From contig CP136572.1 of assembly GCA_035193785.1 (NCBI GenBank), positions 64,001-128,000 of the forward strand: a DNA stretch of 64,000 nucleotides, read 5' to 3'. Position numbers and translations under genes: made by a program. The DNA is from Planktothrix sp. GU0601_MAG3. Its GTDB lineage: Bacteria > Cyanobacteriota > Cyanobacteriia > Cyanobacteriales > Microcoleaceae. This document shows positions 26,951-38,978 of the stretch, one piece after another. The notes under the pieces are model-generated. The model was not told the DNA's origin, made no database searches, and was given only the letters and a program-made list of their open reading frames with translations. Within the stretch, counting starts at the first letter, position 1; each line of letters opens with the position of its first letter.

Positions 26951-28182
26951 TCAACGAACTTTCAATACCTTAACAATATCCCCCGGATTAATTTGAGATT
27001 GACCAATAGGTAAAACCGCTAACCCGGTTGTTTGTGCCAAATTAATTAAATTGCCAGAAATTTGACTTCCGGGTGCTAATTGAAATTCATATTCCCCATC
27101 CACTAAACATAATTGACCCCATACATAAATTTCCCGTTTTCCTCCTGCTTTTAACTCTTGACGCGATCGCGCCTTAATAAATTCTGGCCCCCAAAATTGA
27201 GATAATAACCCCGATTGTTTTTTAATTGCAGGTTGAACAAACCGCCAGAAAGTTACCAAAGCTGAAACTGGATTTCCGGGTAAACCAAAATATAAACAAT
27301 TCGGGAATTTGGCTACTGTCAAAGGTTTTCCAGGTTTAATTGCAACAGATTGAATATGAATTGTTCCACCCAATTCCGTTAAAATTTCCTCAACATAATC
27401 ATAATCCCCAACAGAAACCCCCCCGGTTGAGATCACAATATCGGCTGTTTCTATCGCTTGAGAAATAGCCTTTTTTAACACCTCCGGTCGATCAGGAATT
27501 ATCCCCAATGCGATCGGTTTTCCGCCCCTAAATTCCTAACCGCCGTTGCCAAAGCATACTGATTAGAGTCTACTAATTGTCCCCGTTGTAAAGGGGTATC
27601 GGGGGTGACTAATTCATCCCCCGTTGATAATAACGCCACCCGCAAGCGCCGATAAACTGGAACCTGGGTACATTGTGCCGCCGCTAATACCGCAATCTCC
27701 GCAGCATCCAGAGGAATGCCAGGAGTAAGCAGGGATTCTCCGGCTTGATAATATGATCCTTGATGTCTAATAAAAGCCTGGGGTTGGGGAGACGATAAAA
27801 TTTTAACCTGATTTCCGTCCCGTTTTGTTTCCTCCTGAATCACAATAGTATCCGCACCCTTGGGAATACAAGATCCCGTAAAAATTCGGGCAGTTTGTCC
27901 CATTTGAATCGTAGATTTAGGAGTAGATCCAGCCGGGATTTCTTCAATAATTTCTAATAGTTTAGGACGGTCTATGGAAGCATCCGCAACATCTTGATAT
28001 CGGACAGCATATCCATCCATTGCCGAATTATCCCAATGGGGAAAATCCAATGAACTGATAACTGATTTAGCCAAAATTCGACCAGAAACTTGAGTTATTG
28101 CCACCTTTTCTTGATCGCTTTCAGTATTCAGAGGTTGGACTAAATTTAATATTATTGATTCTGCTTGTTCTACGGTTAACAT
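26951..28182 (-). CDS. moeA: Molybdopterin molybdotransferase MoeA (apparent frameshift at ~27517)
   Basis: DNSAMDGYA, STGDEL, TGGVSVGDYD, KPGKP and GLPGNPVS motifs. Confidence 0.95.
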
Positions 28183-28232
28183 AATTTTTTATAGGATTAA
28201 CTAAAGTTCACTATCTCCTTTTTCCAGCCCTT

Positions 28233-28248
28233 AGTGATACGGATCACA
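28233..28248. promoter_or_regulatory. CRP-like box AGTGA-N6-TCACA
   Basis: 9/10 match to TGTGA-N6-TCACA between divergent moeA and the ORF at 28404. Confidence 0.55.
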
Positions 28249-28403
28249 AAAAAAGAGGGAATTGATCATCATCCTGCCCAGATTAGTGTCACTGAAATTT
28301 ATCATAACTTTAGCCATTATTAAGGGAGAATAAAATAAATACTAATTACAGCAATCTCTGAGTTTTAAGATTATAATTTATCAACCCCTCGCCTTACCGT
28401 AAT

Positions 28404-28631
28404 ATGACTATAATCAAACCAAACCGGACTAAAAGTATCATCCCCGATCCCGAGGATTGGATCACAGAGCATTATGTATTAGCGAGTTTTGCCAACACCC
28501 TAAGCACCCTAAAACAACTTTTAGGGGATGAAGACACTCAGACCGATCACAAAATTGCCTATAACCACGAAGGGGAATTAGTAATTGGAAACTGCAACCC
28601 GGAATCTGTTAAAAGAAAGCTACGGCGATGA
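28404..28631 (+). CDS. Hypothetical small protein (75 aa)
   Basis: ATG-start ORF filling an intergenic gap; no family recognised. Confidence 0.5.
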   Translation: MTIIKPNRTKSIIPDPEDWITEHYVLASFANTLSTLKQLLGDEDTQTDHKIAYNHEGELVIGNCNPESVKRKLRR

Positions 28632-28888
28632 CCATTGGCAGTATGTTGAAAATTATCTGTCAGTGTGTGAGTGTTAGGGATTAGGTGATCATATCCAGAT
28701 CTTTGTCCTTGTCAATATAAAAGGATAGATTGTTGAGCCTGATTATGATTGAAAATACAGGACTTACGCAGCTAGGCTATATTTAGATTAGCAGGAGCTA
28801 CGGATACTGGATTGTTGATGTAAAGAAAACTGATAAAGGTGCATCCCTGGGTTTATATTCGTTGTTCTCTGGTTAGCTTAAATTAGAA

Positions 28889-29272
28889 CTATCTGATCCC
28901 AACTTGTGCTAATGCCTGAAACAGAATTGAATTAATAAAACTCAGGGCTAAAGCTCCAATTATAGCACTCCAAAAGCCCCAACGTAAACGAAATCCCTCC
29001 ACCAGTTTAGCTGCTAAGGCAAACATGGCAACGTTGAGAATAAATGAAACAAAAGATCCGGCAAAAATCAAAGTTGCTGGAGCTATAATTAATGCTAGAA
29101 TTGGACGGATTAAAGCGTTAACAATTCCAAAAACCGCCGCCGAAATTAAAGCTTTTTTGAAATCCTCAATTTCAACTCCAGTAAATTGACTCAGTAAAGC
29201 AATCAAATATAAACTAACGGCTGTTACTAACCAAGCAATTAACAAACTAACTAACATTTTGGGAACTCCCAT
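28889..29272 (-). CDS. YvlD/phage-holin-family membrane protein
   Basis: Four hydrophobic segments, GIVNALIRPIL motif. Confidence 0.85.
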   Translation of the reverse strand: MGVPKMLVSLLIAWLVTAVSLYLIALLSQFTGVEIEDFKKALISAAVFGIVNALIRPILALIIAPATLIFAGSFVSFILNVAMFALAAKLVEGFRLRWGFWSAIIGALALSFINSILFQALAQVGIR

Positions 29273-29407
29273 ACTTTGGTAACGCCTGATTCTACCCCTA
29301 ATTCATCACATTCTAAAGATAAACTTATAAAATCTTTATTTTTCCTTAATAAAATTTAAAAAAAATCGCCCCGTACCAGTCATTAGTCCGGGGTTAACCT
29401 TCAGAAA

Positions 29408-30499
29408 TTAAACATTAAATCGGAATAACAGTACATCTCCTTCTTGGACAATATATTCTTTTCCTTCACTGCGAACTAATCCTTTTTCCTTCGCAGCATT
29501 CATCGAACCCGTCGCCACCAAATCCTTATAGGCTACCGTTTCCGCCCGAATAAATCCCCGTTCAAAATCAGAGTGAATCACTCCGGCGGCTTGGGGTGCA
29601 GACATTCCGGCTTTAATTGTCCAGGCGCGAGTTTCTTTCGGGCCAGTAGTTAAATAGGTGCGTAATCCCAATAATTCATAAGTGGCTTTAATTAAGGATT
29701 TTAAGCCTCCTTCTTTTACTCCTAAAGAGGCTAAAAAGTCGGTTCGTTCTTCTTCCGACAAATCCACTAATTCCGCTTCTACCTGTGCCGAAATAACTAC
29801 TACTTGGGCATTATCTAATTTAGCAACTTCTCTAACTTTTTCAACCTGTTTATTTCCCGTTGCTAAGTCATCTTCTGAGACATTTGTTGCATAAATTACT
29901 GGTTTTTGGGTGACTAAACCTAAGCCTTTCACCGCTTCTAATTCTTCTTCAGTTAATACTGCTTGGCGGGCGGGTTTTCCTTCATTTAATAAAACCGCAA
30001 TTTTTTCTAAACCATTTACTTCAATTTGGATTTCTTTATTAGTTCTAGCTTGTTTACGGGCGCGGTCGATGCGTCTTTCAACTTGAGATAAATCCGATAG
30101 GGCTAATTCTAAATTAATAATATCAATATCTCGCAAAGGATCAACAGAACCCGCAACGTGAATAATATCATCATTTTCAAAGCAGCGAACTACATGAACA
30201 ATGGCATCCACTTCTCGAATATGGGATAAAAATTGATTCCCTAAACCCTCTCCTTGACTCGCACCTTTGACTAAACCAGCAATATCGACAAATTCCATCC
30301 GAGTCGGAACAATTTGTTGAGAATTGACGATTTTTGCTAACACATTCAACCGTTCATCAGGAACTGCGACAACGCCGACATTCGGTTCAATAGTACAAAA
30401 GGGAAAGTTAGCAGCAGTCGCCTTAGCATTGGCAACTAAAGCGTTAAATAATGTCGATTTACCAACGTTGGGGAGTCCAACAATTCCGGCTCTTAGCAT
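29408..30499 (-). CDS. ychF: Redox-regulated ATPase YchF
   Basis: GIVGLPNVGKSTLFNA, ANFPFCTIEPN and IHSDFERGFIRAE motifs. Confidence 0.98.
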   Translation of the reverse strand: MLRAGIVGLPNVGKSTLFNALVANAKATAANFPFCTIEPNVGVVAVPDERLNVLAKIVNSQQIVPTRMEFVDIAGLVKGASQGEGLGNQFLSHIREVDAIVHVVRCFENDDIIHVAGSVDPLRDIDIINLELALSDLSQVERRIDRARKQARTNKEIQIEVNGLEKIAVLLNEGKPARQAVLTEEELEAVKGLGLVTQKPVIYATNVSEDDLATGNKQVEKVREVAKLDNAQVVVISAQVEAELVDLSEEERTDFLASLGVKEGGLKSLIKATYELLGLRTYLTTGPKETRAWTIKAGMSAPQAAGVIHSDFERGFIRAETVAYKDLVATGSMNAAKEKGLVRSEGKEYIVQEGDVLLFRFNV

Positions 30500-30690
30500 G
30501 GGTTCGATGGTTGAGTTAAACGTTCAATAGAATACTTGATTTATTATTATAAACCTTCTGGGGACAAATTCAACAAATTTAATTTAAACCTTATTGGGAT
30601 ACAATCAATGTGGTGTGAGCGTCCTCGCTCGCCAGTTATCACCTAACAGTTTATAAACGCTCACAAAACATACTATATTTGAGTTAAAAT

Positions 30691-31720
30691 ATGGATAATT
30701 CTCTTAAAATCGCAGATTTGTTTTCGGGAATCGGTGGGTTAAGACTTGCTTTTGAAAAAGCAGATTATCAATGTGTTTATTCTTGCGAAAAAGATCCCGC
30801 TTGTCAATCGGTTTATTTTAACAATTTTGGAGAACAGCCAGAGGCAGATATTACTAAAATTGATTATAAGAATCTTCCTAAATTTGATGTATTAACCGCT
30901 GGATTTCCCTGTCAACCCTTTAGCATTTGTGGAAAACGCCAAGGGTTTCAAGATACCAGAGGAAACCCTATTTTTTCATATTTGTGAAATTATAGAAATC
31001 CATCATCCCCGGGTTGTTGTTTTAGAAAATGTTAAACATTTGTTACATCATAATCAGGGAAAAACTCTCAAGACTATTTTATATTCTTTAGAAGATTTGG
31101 GCTATGCTGTGGATTATAAATTATTGAATGCTAAAGACTTTGGACTTCCGCAAAATCGAGAGCGCGTAATTATTGTAGCTTGCAAAGATCAAAAATTTTC
31201 TTTCTCAAAATTGCCCCGGGTTTATCCTGTCCCGAAATTAAGGGATTTTTTAGATTACAAGGGAAAATTTGAATACTTAAACCCAGAAGAATATACGTTA
31301 ATTGAGGGTTACAAACAGCAGTTATCGGGTCTAATTTTTGTGGGATATCGCAATAAGAATATCTGGAAAAAAGGGATTAGACCCAATACAGAACATTTAT
31401 CTAGGGTACATCATCAACCGAATCGAATTTACTCCATTGATGGGGTACATCCCACTATTCCATCCCAGGAAACATCGGGACGTTTCTTTATTTATATTCC
31501 CGAAGAAAATCGAGTTCGTAAGTTAACTATCCAAGAATGTTATAGAATTATGGGGTTTCCTGATACGTTTAAATTGCATCCTAATTTGGGAGAATGTTAT
31601 AAACAAATTGGTAATTCTGTTTGTATTCCTCTATTTCAAGAACTAGCAATACAAATTAGAGAGCAAATTTTTTGTGCTTTTGATCATCAGTATTTATCTG
31701 GAATTGGATCAATATACTGA
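30691..31720 (+). CDS. DNA (cytosine-5)-methyltransferase, orphan (apparent frameshift at ~30962)
   Basis: DLFSGIGG (motif I), GFPCQPFS (IV), ENVK (VI), QNRER (VIII), YKQIGNSV (X). Confidence 0.95.
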
Positions 31721-31833
31721 TTAATATTCTTTACCATGATCAATATAGCAAAAAAACAGATGTAGCTGTTTTAGATATGCGCTGAAGCGCAACAACGGTA
31801 ATTATTTTATAGCTGGTATTCCAGATTTATCTC

Positions 31834-32571
31834 TTACCAATCAGGAGGTAAACCGTGTAATTCTAACATTTCTTCATCTTGTAATAATTCCTGAGTTGGA
31901 CGCTCTACAACAATTTTTCCCTGAGCTAAAATCAAGGATCTATCGGTAGTTTTTTTAATCCAATTCAGATCATGGGAAGCAATTAATATTACTTCTAAGG
32001 GTAACTCAGATAATATTTGGGCTAATTTTTTGCGCCAAGCGGGATCTAAACCGTTTGTAGGTTCATCTAAGATTAAAATACTGGGTTCTAAGACTAAAAT
32101 TGATGCTAATGCGGCTAGGCGTTTTTGTCCCCCTGACAATTCATGGGAGGAGCGATTTTCATAATAGATTAACCCGAATTGAGATAAAATCAATCGTGCT
32201 TTTTCTTTTGCTTCAATCGGAGACATTCCATAGTTAAGTAAACCAAACATCACATCTTCTAAAATAGTTGGCATAAATAACTGATCATCGGGATTTTGGA
32301 AAGCAAATCCTACCTGAAGACGAATATCAGAAAGATTTTCAGATTCTAAACTAACACCATTAATGAAAATCTTGCCTGATCTCGGTAATTTTAACCCGAT
32401 TAAGTTTTCTAATAAGGTGCTTTTACCCGCACCTGTAGCCCCCATTAAAGCTACCCTTTCACCGGAATGTATGGTAAAAGATATATTTTGCAAGATCGGC
32501 TCTTGTCGGGCATATCCAAACACTAAATCTTGGACAACTAGGGTTTTTTCGGAAGAATTAATTTTTGACAT
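31834..32571 (-). CDS. cbiO: ECF Co/Ni transporter ATPase
   Basis: GATGAGKST, FQNPDDQLF, LSGGQK and LDEPT motifs. Confidence 0.92.
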   Translation of the reverse strand: MSKINSSEKTLVVQDLVFGYARQEPILQNISFTIHSGERVALMGATGAGKSTLLENLIGLKLPRSGKIFINGVSLESENLSDIRLQVGFAFQNPDDQLFMPTILEDVMFGLLNYGMSPIEAKEKARLILSQFGLIYYENRSSHELSGGQKRLAALASILVLEPSILILDEPTNGLDPAWRKKLAQILSELPLEVILIASHDLNWIKKTTDRSLILAQGKIVVERPTQELLQDEEMLELHGLPPDW

Positions 32572-33215
32572 AGGAAAAAAATGTTAATAAACCAGCGATA
32601 GTGATCACAATCATTAGGGCAAAATTATCTCTGGGTGTTGATTGAGATTCTACGGGTAATTTGCCTTGATAACCCCGCAAAATCATGGCATTATAAACCC
32701 GTTCAGCCCGATCTAAACTGCGTAAATAAAGGGAAACCAATCATGGCGGCACTCGTATAACGTAACCAACCGGAATAACCGGATAAACCTCGCAATTTTG
32801 CCGATTGTTGCATTTGACGAATTTCTGAGATTAAGATTTCTAAATATTGCCCAGTTAATAATATAATTTCCTGAAAGGTAGCCGGAAGTGGTAAACCTTT
32901 TAATGCAATTCCCAAACTATGGGGTGGTAATGTAATTAGAAAACTATTCATTATTAGTAAACATACCATGGAACGAGTTACCATAAAACTGGCTTTTTCG
33001 TATCCCATTGGTAGGGCTAATAATGAAAGTAAAATTAATTCTGCCCCTAACAATTTTGAGATAATTTTCAGGGGCGGTTTTAAAGTGATTACCCAAAAAA
33101 ATGCGATCACGCTATAGTAGGCTAATGCCCACCATACGGATGTTTTGAGTAGGGCAATTCCGATGACAAGGACAAGAGAAACCCGTAATTTAAACGGGAT
33201 AGAAAATTGAATCAT
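32558..33215 (-). CDS. cbiQ: ECF transporter T component (apparent frameshift at ~32733)
   Basis: Joined product contains AKLRG and GSLYLRSLDRAERVYNAMILRGY. Confidence 0.9.
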
Positions 33216-33222
33216 GGTTGAA

Positions 33223-34146
33223 TTATAACTGATTTGGTTTACCAATTTGGAGAATCCCAAAAGCAATACCAAAACAAATTATACTTCCGATAATTCCAGA
33301 AATGCTAGTGCCAATTTCCCCAAATCCTTTGATAGTATAATCAGCGAAAGGCGTGGGAATACTAAACCGCACATTTTCAGCCAATTCATCAAAACCGTGA
33401 ATTTCTGCAACCTTTTCTAAACCATCTGGCCAAGCTGAGGCAAATAAGGATAATACTCCGGCAATTAATAATGTACCAATTACAGGAGTTAACCATTTAT
33501 TTAATTGGGGTTGATCTCCGGGTAATAAATCGGGTCTAACTGTAATTAAATAAGTTAAAATTCCGGCGGTAATTAATCCTTCTCCAATCCCAATTAAACT
33601 ATGAACTCCGATCATGGCAGGTAAAATTATGGCTGCCTTAGCTGTCCCTGATAAAATCAAACCTATGGAACAAGCGATCGCGGCGGCAATAACACTAATT
33701 CCCCCAGCAATACCCGCAGCTAAAGGCAAACGAAAACGAGAACCTCCTAATAATTGTTGGAGAATTTGTGTTACGATCCAACCTATCCAAACTCCCACAA
33801 TTGCCATGTTAAAAATATTAGCTCCCAGGGCGGTAATTCCACCATCGGCAAATAAAAAAGCTTGAATCAATAAAACTGTCGCAATGGATACAGAAGCTGC
33901 CCAAGGATTTCCTAAAATTACCGCAGCTAAAGTTCCCCCTAAAAGATGTCCACTGGTGCCTCCAGCTACGGGAAAATTAATCATTTGGGCGGCAAAAATA
34001 AACGCGGTTGTTAACCCCATAACTGGCGCGTATCGTAATCCTACATTCTCGCGGGTACGCCCTAGACAAACTGCTAAAAATCCGGTGCTGGTAAGACTGG
34101 TAACAGTTGCTACTGCGGGAGAAATAAATCCATCGGGAATGTGCAT
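33223..34146 (-). CDS. cbiM: ECF Co/Ni S component with C-terminal PDGLE domain (CbiM/NikMN)
   Basis: MHIPDGF N-terminus, GGTSGHLLGG and WPDGLE motifs. Confidence 0.93.
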   Translation of the reverse strand: MHIPDGFISPAVATVTSLTSTGFLAVCLGRTRENVGLRYAPVMGLTTAFIFAAQMINFPVAGGTSGHLLGGTLAAVILGNPWAASVSIATVLLIQAFLFADGGITALGANIFNMAIVGVWIGWIVTQILQQLLGGSRFRLPLAAGIAGGISVIAAAIACSIGLILSGTAKAAIILPAMIGVHSLIGIGEGLITAGILTYLITVRPDLLPGDQPQLNKWLTPVIGTLLIAGVLSLFASAWPDGLEKVAEIHGFDELAENVRFSIPTPFADYTIKGFGEIGTSISGIIGSIICFGIAFGILQIGKPNQL

Positions 34147-34431
34147 AAACTAAGCCTTAGTCCTTGAATTGCTGTACTAATTAATTGATCAACATTAATA
34201 GTAAATACCTTTTTTTGATAATTGGCAATCCCCTCTAGGGGTATTGTCAGGAAAAAACAGCAACAAATATCATCTAACTCTTGTATGTACTGACTTTTCC
34301 ATGAATAAAAACAAAATTTATGTTAGATGAGTGTATTTAGTAGATATATTGTAATATAGTAATATTTAGAGTTGAATTTTAGATTGTTAATATTTGCGCT
34401 TCAGCGCGACAACAACGGAGTTTTTTATTTA

Positions 34432-35914
34432 ATGTTAGATCAGTTAGATCAATTTCAAACACCATTATTAACGGCTTTAAAAAATTGTGCCAATCAACCC
34501 GATACACCCTTTTATACCCCCGGACACAAACGGGGACAAGGGATTTCACCTTTGTTAACAGAACTTTTAGGAAATCAACTTTTTAAAGCCGATTTACCCG
34601 AATTACCTGAATTGGATAATTTATTTAATCCAGAAGGTGTAATTGCAGAAGCTCAAGACTTAGCTGCCGATGCTTTTGGGGCTGAAAAAACATGGTTTTT
34701 AGTTAATGGGTCAACCTCTGGAATTATTGCGGCTGTTTTAGCTATTTGTGGAACTGGAGATAAGATTTTAGTCCCTAGAAATGCTCATCAATCAGTGATT
34801 TCGGGGTTAATTTTATCCGGTGCGATCGCAATTTTCTTACCACCAGAATATAATCAAACCTGGGATTTAACCCATAGCATTACCCCGGAAAGCGTTGCTC
34901 AAACCTTAGAACAACATCCCGACACCAAAGCCGTATTAATAGTATATCCTACTTATCAAGGAATTTGTGGAAATATTACCGAAATTGCTAAAATTATCCA
35001 TCAATATAATATTCCTTTAATTGTAGATGAAGCTCACGGAGCGCATTTTAATTTTCATCCAGACCTACCAACCCCAGCCCTAAAAGCAGGAGCAGATTTA
35101 ACAATACAATCTACCCATAAAATATTGGGTTCCATGACACAATCTTCCATGCTCCATGTTCAGGGAAATCGGATTGATAGAGAGCGTCTATCTCAAACCT
35201 TACAATTTGTTGAATCCACCAGTCCCAATTATATATTATTGGCCTCCTTAGATGCGGCCCGTCAACAAATGGCAACCCAAGGCTATAATTTAATGAATCA
35301 AACAATATCCTTAGCAAAAATAGCCAGAAAAGAAATTAGCAAAATCAAAGGTTTATCTATTTTGGGAAATCCCGAATTACAACCCACATCAGGATGTGTT
35401 AACCTAGATATCACCCGTTTAACTATTAAAGTATCAAACTTAGGAATAAGTGGGTATGAAGCCGACGAAATTCTCCGTCAACAATTCCATGTCACCGCAG
35501 AAACTTCCTAGTCTCCATCACCTAACTTTTCTGCTCAGTTTGGGTAACACTGAAACCGATATTTCCCAACTGATTAACGGATTAAAGACCCTCTCCGTTG
35601 AACACCAACTCTCGGCGACCCACCATCCTCCCCTTGATTTCTCCCCGACAACCCACTACGCGCCTTCTAAACCCCCTTTTTCCTGTCGGGATGCTTTTTT
35701 TGCCCAAACAGAAAAACGTCCCCTTACGGACTGTGTGGGGTCGGTGAGTGCGGAAATTATTTGTCCCTACCCGCCCGGTATCCCCGTATTAATGCCTGGT
35801 GAAATTATCACCTCTGAGGCTCTAAAATTTTTGCAACAAGTTATAGCATTGGGTGGGAAAATAACAGGATGTAGTGATCCGAACCTGCAACAGCTTAAAA
35901 TTGTTAAAGGTTAA
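34432..35914 (+). CDS. Orn/Lys/Arg decarboxylase family PLP enzyme (apparent frameshift at ~35500)
   Basis: FYTPGHKRG, LVNGSTSG, VDEAHG, QSTHK and PYPPGIP motifs. Confidence 0.92.
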
Positions 35915-35992
35915 ATTAAAAACAGAGAACTATTTATTTATCCCCAACCTAATCATTAAAAGTCGAGATCTTACCCCCAATTAATTTGCAAA

Positions 35993-36592
35993 ATGTCCAA
36001 ACTTTGGCCTTATGTTACCCCTGGTATTCCCGATGATTTATTTGAACGGTTGCCCGGTATTCCTCTGAGTAAGCGAGAAGTCCGTTTATTATTAGTATCC
36101 TTGATGCGATTGCAACCCGACTCCATTGTATGGGATATTGGGGCTGGAACTGGAACAATTGCCGTGGAAACCGGGCTATTATGTCCCCAAGGTCGAATTA
36201 TTGCCATTGAAAGGGATGAAGATGTGGTGAATTTAATTCGAGCCAATTGTCAACAGTTTGAACTGCAAAATGTTGATATAGTTGAAGGGAGTGCTCCCGA
36301 ATGTTTACGAAGTATTTCCTATCTACCTCATCGAGTTTGTTTGGAGGGAGGAAAACCGATTAAAGCCATTCTGCATGAAGTTTGGAAATACTTACAACCT
36401 CAAGGGAGAATTGTAGCTACAGCATCTAATCTGGAAAGTCTTTATGCTATTTCTGAAGGGTTTGCTGAGTTACAAGTCCGCAACGTTGAGGTGGTTCAAT
36501 CCGCCATTAACCGATTAGAAAAACGCGGAAATCATCAAACTTTTGAAGCCGTTAATCCTATGTTTATTTTAAGTGGTGAAAAAATAGATTAA
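35993..36592 (+). CDS. cbiT: Precorrin-6B C15-methyltransferase (decarboxylating)
   Basis: PGIPD..F, SKREVR and WDIGAGTG motifs. Confidence 0.92.
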   Translation: MSKLWPYVTPGIPDDLFERLPGIPLSKREVRLLLVSLMRLQPDSIVWDIGAGTGTIAVETGLLCPQGRIIAIERDEDVVNLIRANCQQFELQNVDIVEGSAPECLRSISYLPHRVCLEGGKPIKAILHEVWKYLQPQGRIVATASNLESLYAISEGFAELQVRNVEVVQSAINRLEKRGNHQTFEAVNPMFILSGEKID

Positions 36593-36651
36593 ATTTAAAA
36601 TACGCTATAGATAACTACCCTAGCCCGTCTTAACTTCTGACTCCTAACACT

Positions 36652-37531
36652 ATGCCTTCTTTCTCTCGCATTATCAGTGGAATTATTGGAATCATTTTAG
36701 CCTTGGGAATGCTCATTTTTGGAGGATGGTATTTTACCCTGGGATTAAGTTTAATTATTTATTTAGGTCAATTAGAGTATTTTCAATTAGTTCGAGCCAA
36801 AGGTATTGAACCAGCGGTTAAAACCACTTTATTTGTTAGTCAAGCCTTACTTTTGACCGCCGCATTTTCTCCTAGTTTAGTCGATGCGATGTTTGCCTTG
36901 GCCGGAACATTAGTCTGTTTTTATCTATTATTTAGACCTAAATTATCAAGCATTGCCGATATTAGTTCTTCAATTTTAGGTCTATTTTATGGGGGATATT
37001 TACCCAGTTATTGGGTACGCCTGCGAGTTGGACTTGAAACCCAATACTTTACTAGAAAAAGCCTTCGCCAGTCCCATTCCTTTTAATGAAAATTGGTCAA
37101 TTTCTAATTTATCTTCAGGATTAACTGCTACCCTATTAGCTTTTAGTTGTATTTGGGCGGCGGATATTGGGGCTTATATTTTCGGCAAAACTTTTGGCCG
37201 GACTCGCCTCTCAGATATTAGTCCGAAAAAAACCGTTGAAGGGGCAATATTTGGGTTTTTAGGCAGTATTACAGTCGCCATATTGGGGTCTTGGTATTTA
37301 CAATGGCCGGGGTTTCCTTGGGCGGGTTTAATCCTAGGATTATTAATTGGAATTTCCAGTTTATTAGGCGATTTAACCGAATCTTTAATGAAACGAGACG
37401 CCGGAGTCAAGGATTCCGGTCAACTAATTCCCGGTCATGGCGGAATTTTAGACCGCGCCGATAGTTATGTTTTTACCGCCCCTTTAGTCTATTATTTTAT
37501 CACCTTATTTTTGCCCCTATTGTCAATCTAA
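36652..37531 (+). CDS. cdsA: Phosphatidate cytidylyltransferase (apparent frameshift at ~37036)
   Basis: WAADIGAY, ISPKKTVEG and GDLTESLMKRDAGVKDSG.LIPGHGGILDR motifs. Confidence 0.95.
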
Positions 37532-37579
37532 AAAATCATCATCCCAGCTACCCAATTAGATTATATTATCTCCTATTAT

Positions 37580-37637
37580 GTAGGGGCGGTTTAGAGACAA
37601 ACTTTGTCAGTTATTAAAAGTATCTCCAAACCTGCCC
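37580..37637. repeat. GTAGGGGCGG-type REP element
   Basis: GTAGGGGCGGTTT...AAACCTGCCC at the junction with the RqlHI-like module. Confidence 0.65.
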
Positions 37638-37667
37638 ATGCTCTATATTTAGCTGAGTATAGCATTT

Positions 37668-38967
37668 CTATTGATTAGAAATAAATGATAATAAAGAAAC
37701 ATCTCGATTTAGTTCATAAGTCACAGGTTTTTTATTCTTTTTAACCTTTCCTTGACTAACCGCTAAATTTAACCAATCTTGCATTTGAGAGAGTCTAACT
37801 TGTAATAACTCAGCCAAAGATTTGGCATCTTTTGGTTGTTCAAGTTGACAGATAATTAAGGGTAATACCGCCTCATAAATATTTTGAGAAGCAGGATAAA
37901 CGGGTGTATCTTTCTGAATCTCGATATTTTCAGAAGTGGGTTTAACTTGATCTTGAATACTCGGGGATAGTGTTAAATCAATTTCTGGGTTATTAATGGT
38001 AGTTAAAGTATCCTGATCAATCGTAACTGCATCTATAATAAGTTCTTGTATAGGACGATTAAAAGGCATCTCAGGAAAGGGTTTTGCTCCTCGATGAATT
38101 AACTGTTGATTTCCGTCTGGTATTGTTCCTTGAATTCGCACAAATACCGGAACAGTTTTGATTTTTTTTAACGCTTCAATTGCACCCGCCCAAGTTCCTC
38201 CTTCATCTACAGAAGAACTAATAATTAACCCATAATCGGATAATCCATAAATATATTTATTCCGTCCCATGGCATTCCCAACATTAAATCCAGCATCAGG
38301 ATCATAGGAAGAAATTAAGGTTAAATTTCCGCTTTTAATAAAGTTTCTATACTTGCTAGAAACCGCCGATTTTGCGAGACTATCTCCCAGGACTCCCACA
38401 ACATTTCCCCCGGCATTTAAAGCCACTAACATCGCTGTTTGATCAACTCCTCTCGCCCCGCCTGAAATAATTTGTATTTCCTGTTCTGCACAAGTTTGAA
38501 CAATATAATCAGTATAATTGAGTCCTTCTTCATCAACATCACGGGAAACCCAGCACCGCTAAACCACCTTGAGAAAGTAGTTCAAAATTACCCACACCAT
38601 ATAAAATTGCTGGGGCTAAATGTTGAAGTTTCTGTTTCAGACAGCGAGGATATTTAGGATCACTTCTTCCTAATATCCATAGCCCTTGACTTGTCCATTT
38701 TTCTACCGCTAAACTTAACAGCATCCCCCGTTCTAATAAGGCAATAATCCGGTTAGGATCAAGAGGAATAATCATTTCTAATAGCTGTTTTTTAGCAGTT
38801 TCTTCTAATAAGTTTTTTGGCGTTAATTGCTGTAACCGTAAACAATTGGCTAACGTATTATATTCACTTAAAGTTAACGGTTGGGGTTCGGTTTTGCGAT
38901 TTTGACCAAAACTGGCACATAATAATAAAATTGCTTGGGTATCGGGGGGGAGTTGATGGTTCAGCAT
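37668..38967 (-). CDS. DprA/Smf-like protein (RqlI-like; apparent frameshift at ~38545)
   Basis: YP..LK..L...AP.ILYG.G, GSR, SGGARGVD, AMGRNKYIY and GGTWAGA motifs; C-terminal wHTH-like region. Confidence 0.88.
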
Positions 38968-38978
38968 GGGGTTTAAAT

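Noticed and set aside
28758..28770. CAGGACTTACGCA, resembling an IS/MITE terminus
   Set aside because: No partner inverted end or transposase found nearby; too short to call.
28889..29272. Prophage suggested by a 'phage holin family' gene
   Set aside because: YvlD-type membrane proteins are common chromosomal genes and no phage genes are adjacent.
34147..34430. Cobalamin riboswitch or Zur box upstream of cbiM
   Set aside because: The region is AT-rich with no B12-box, and only a half match (TGATAAT) to the Zur palindrome.
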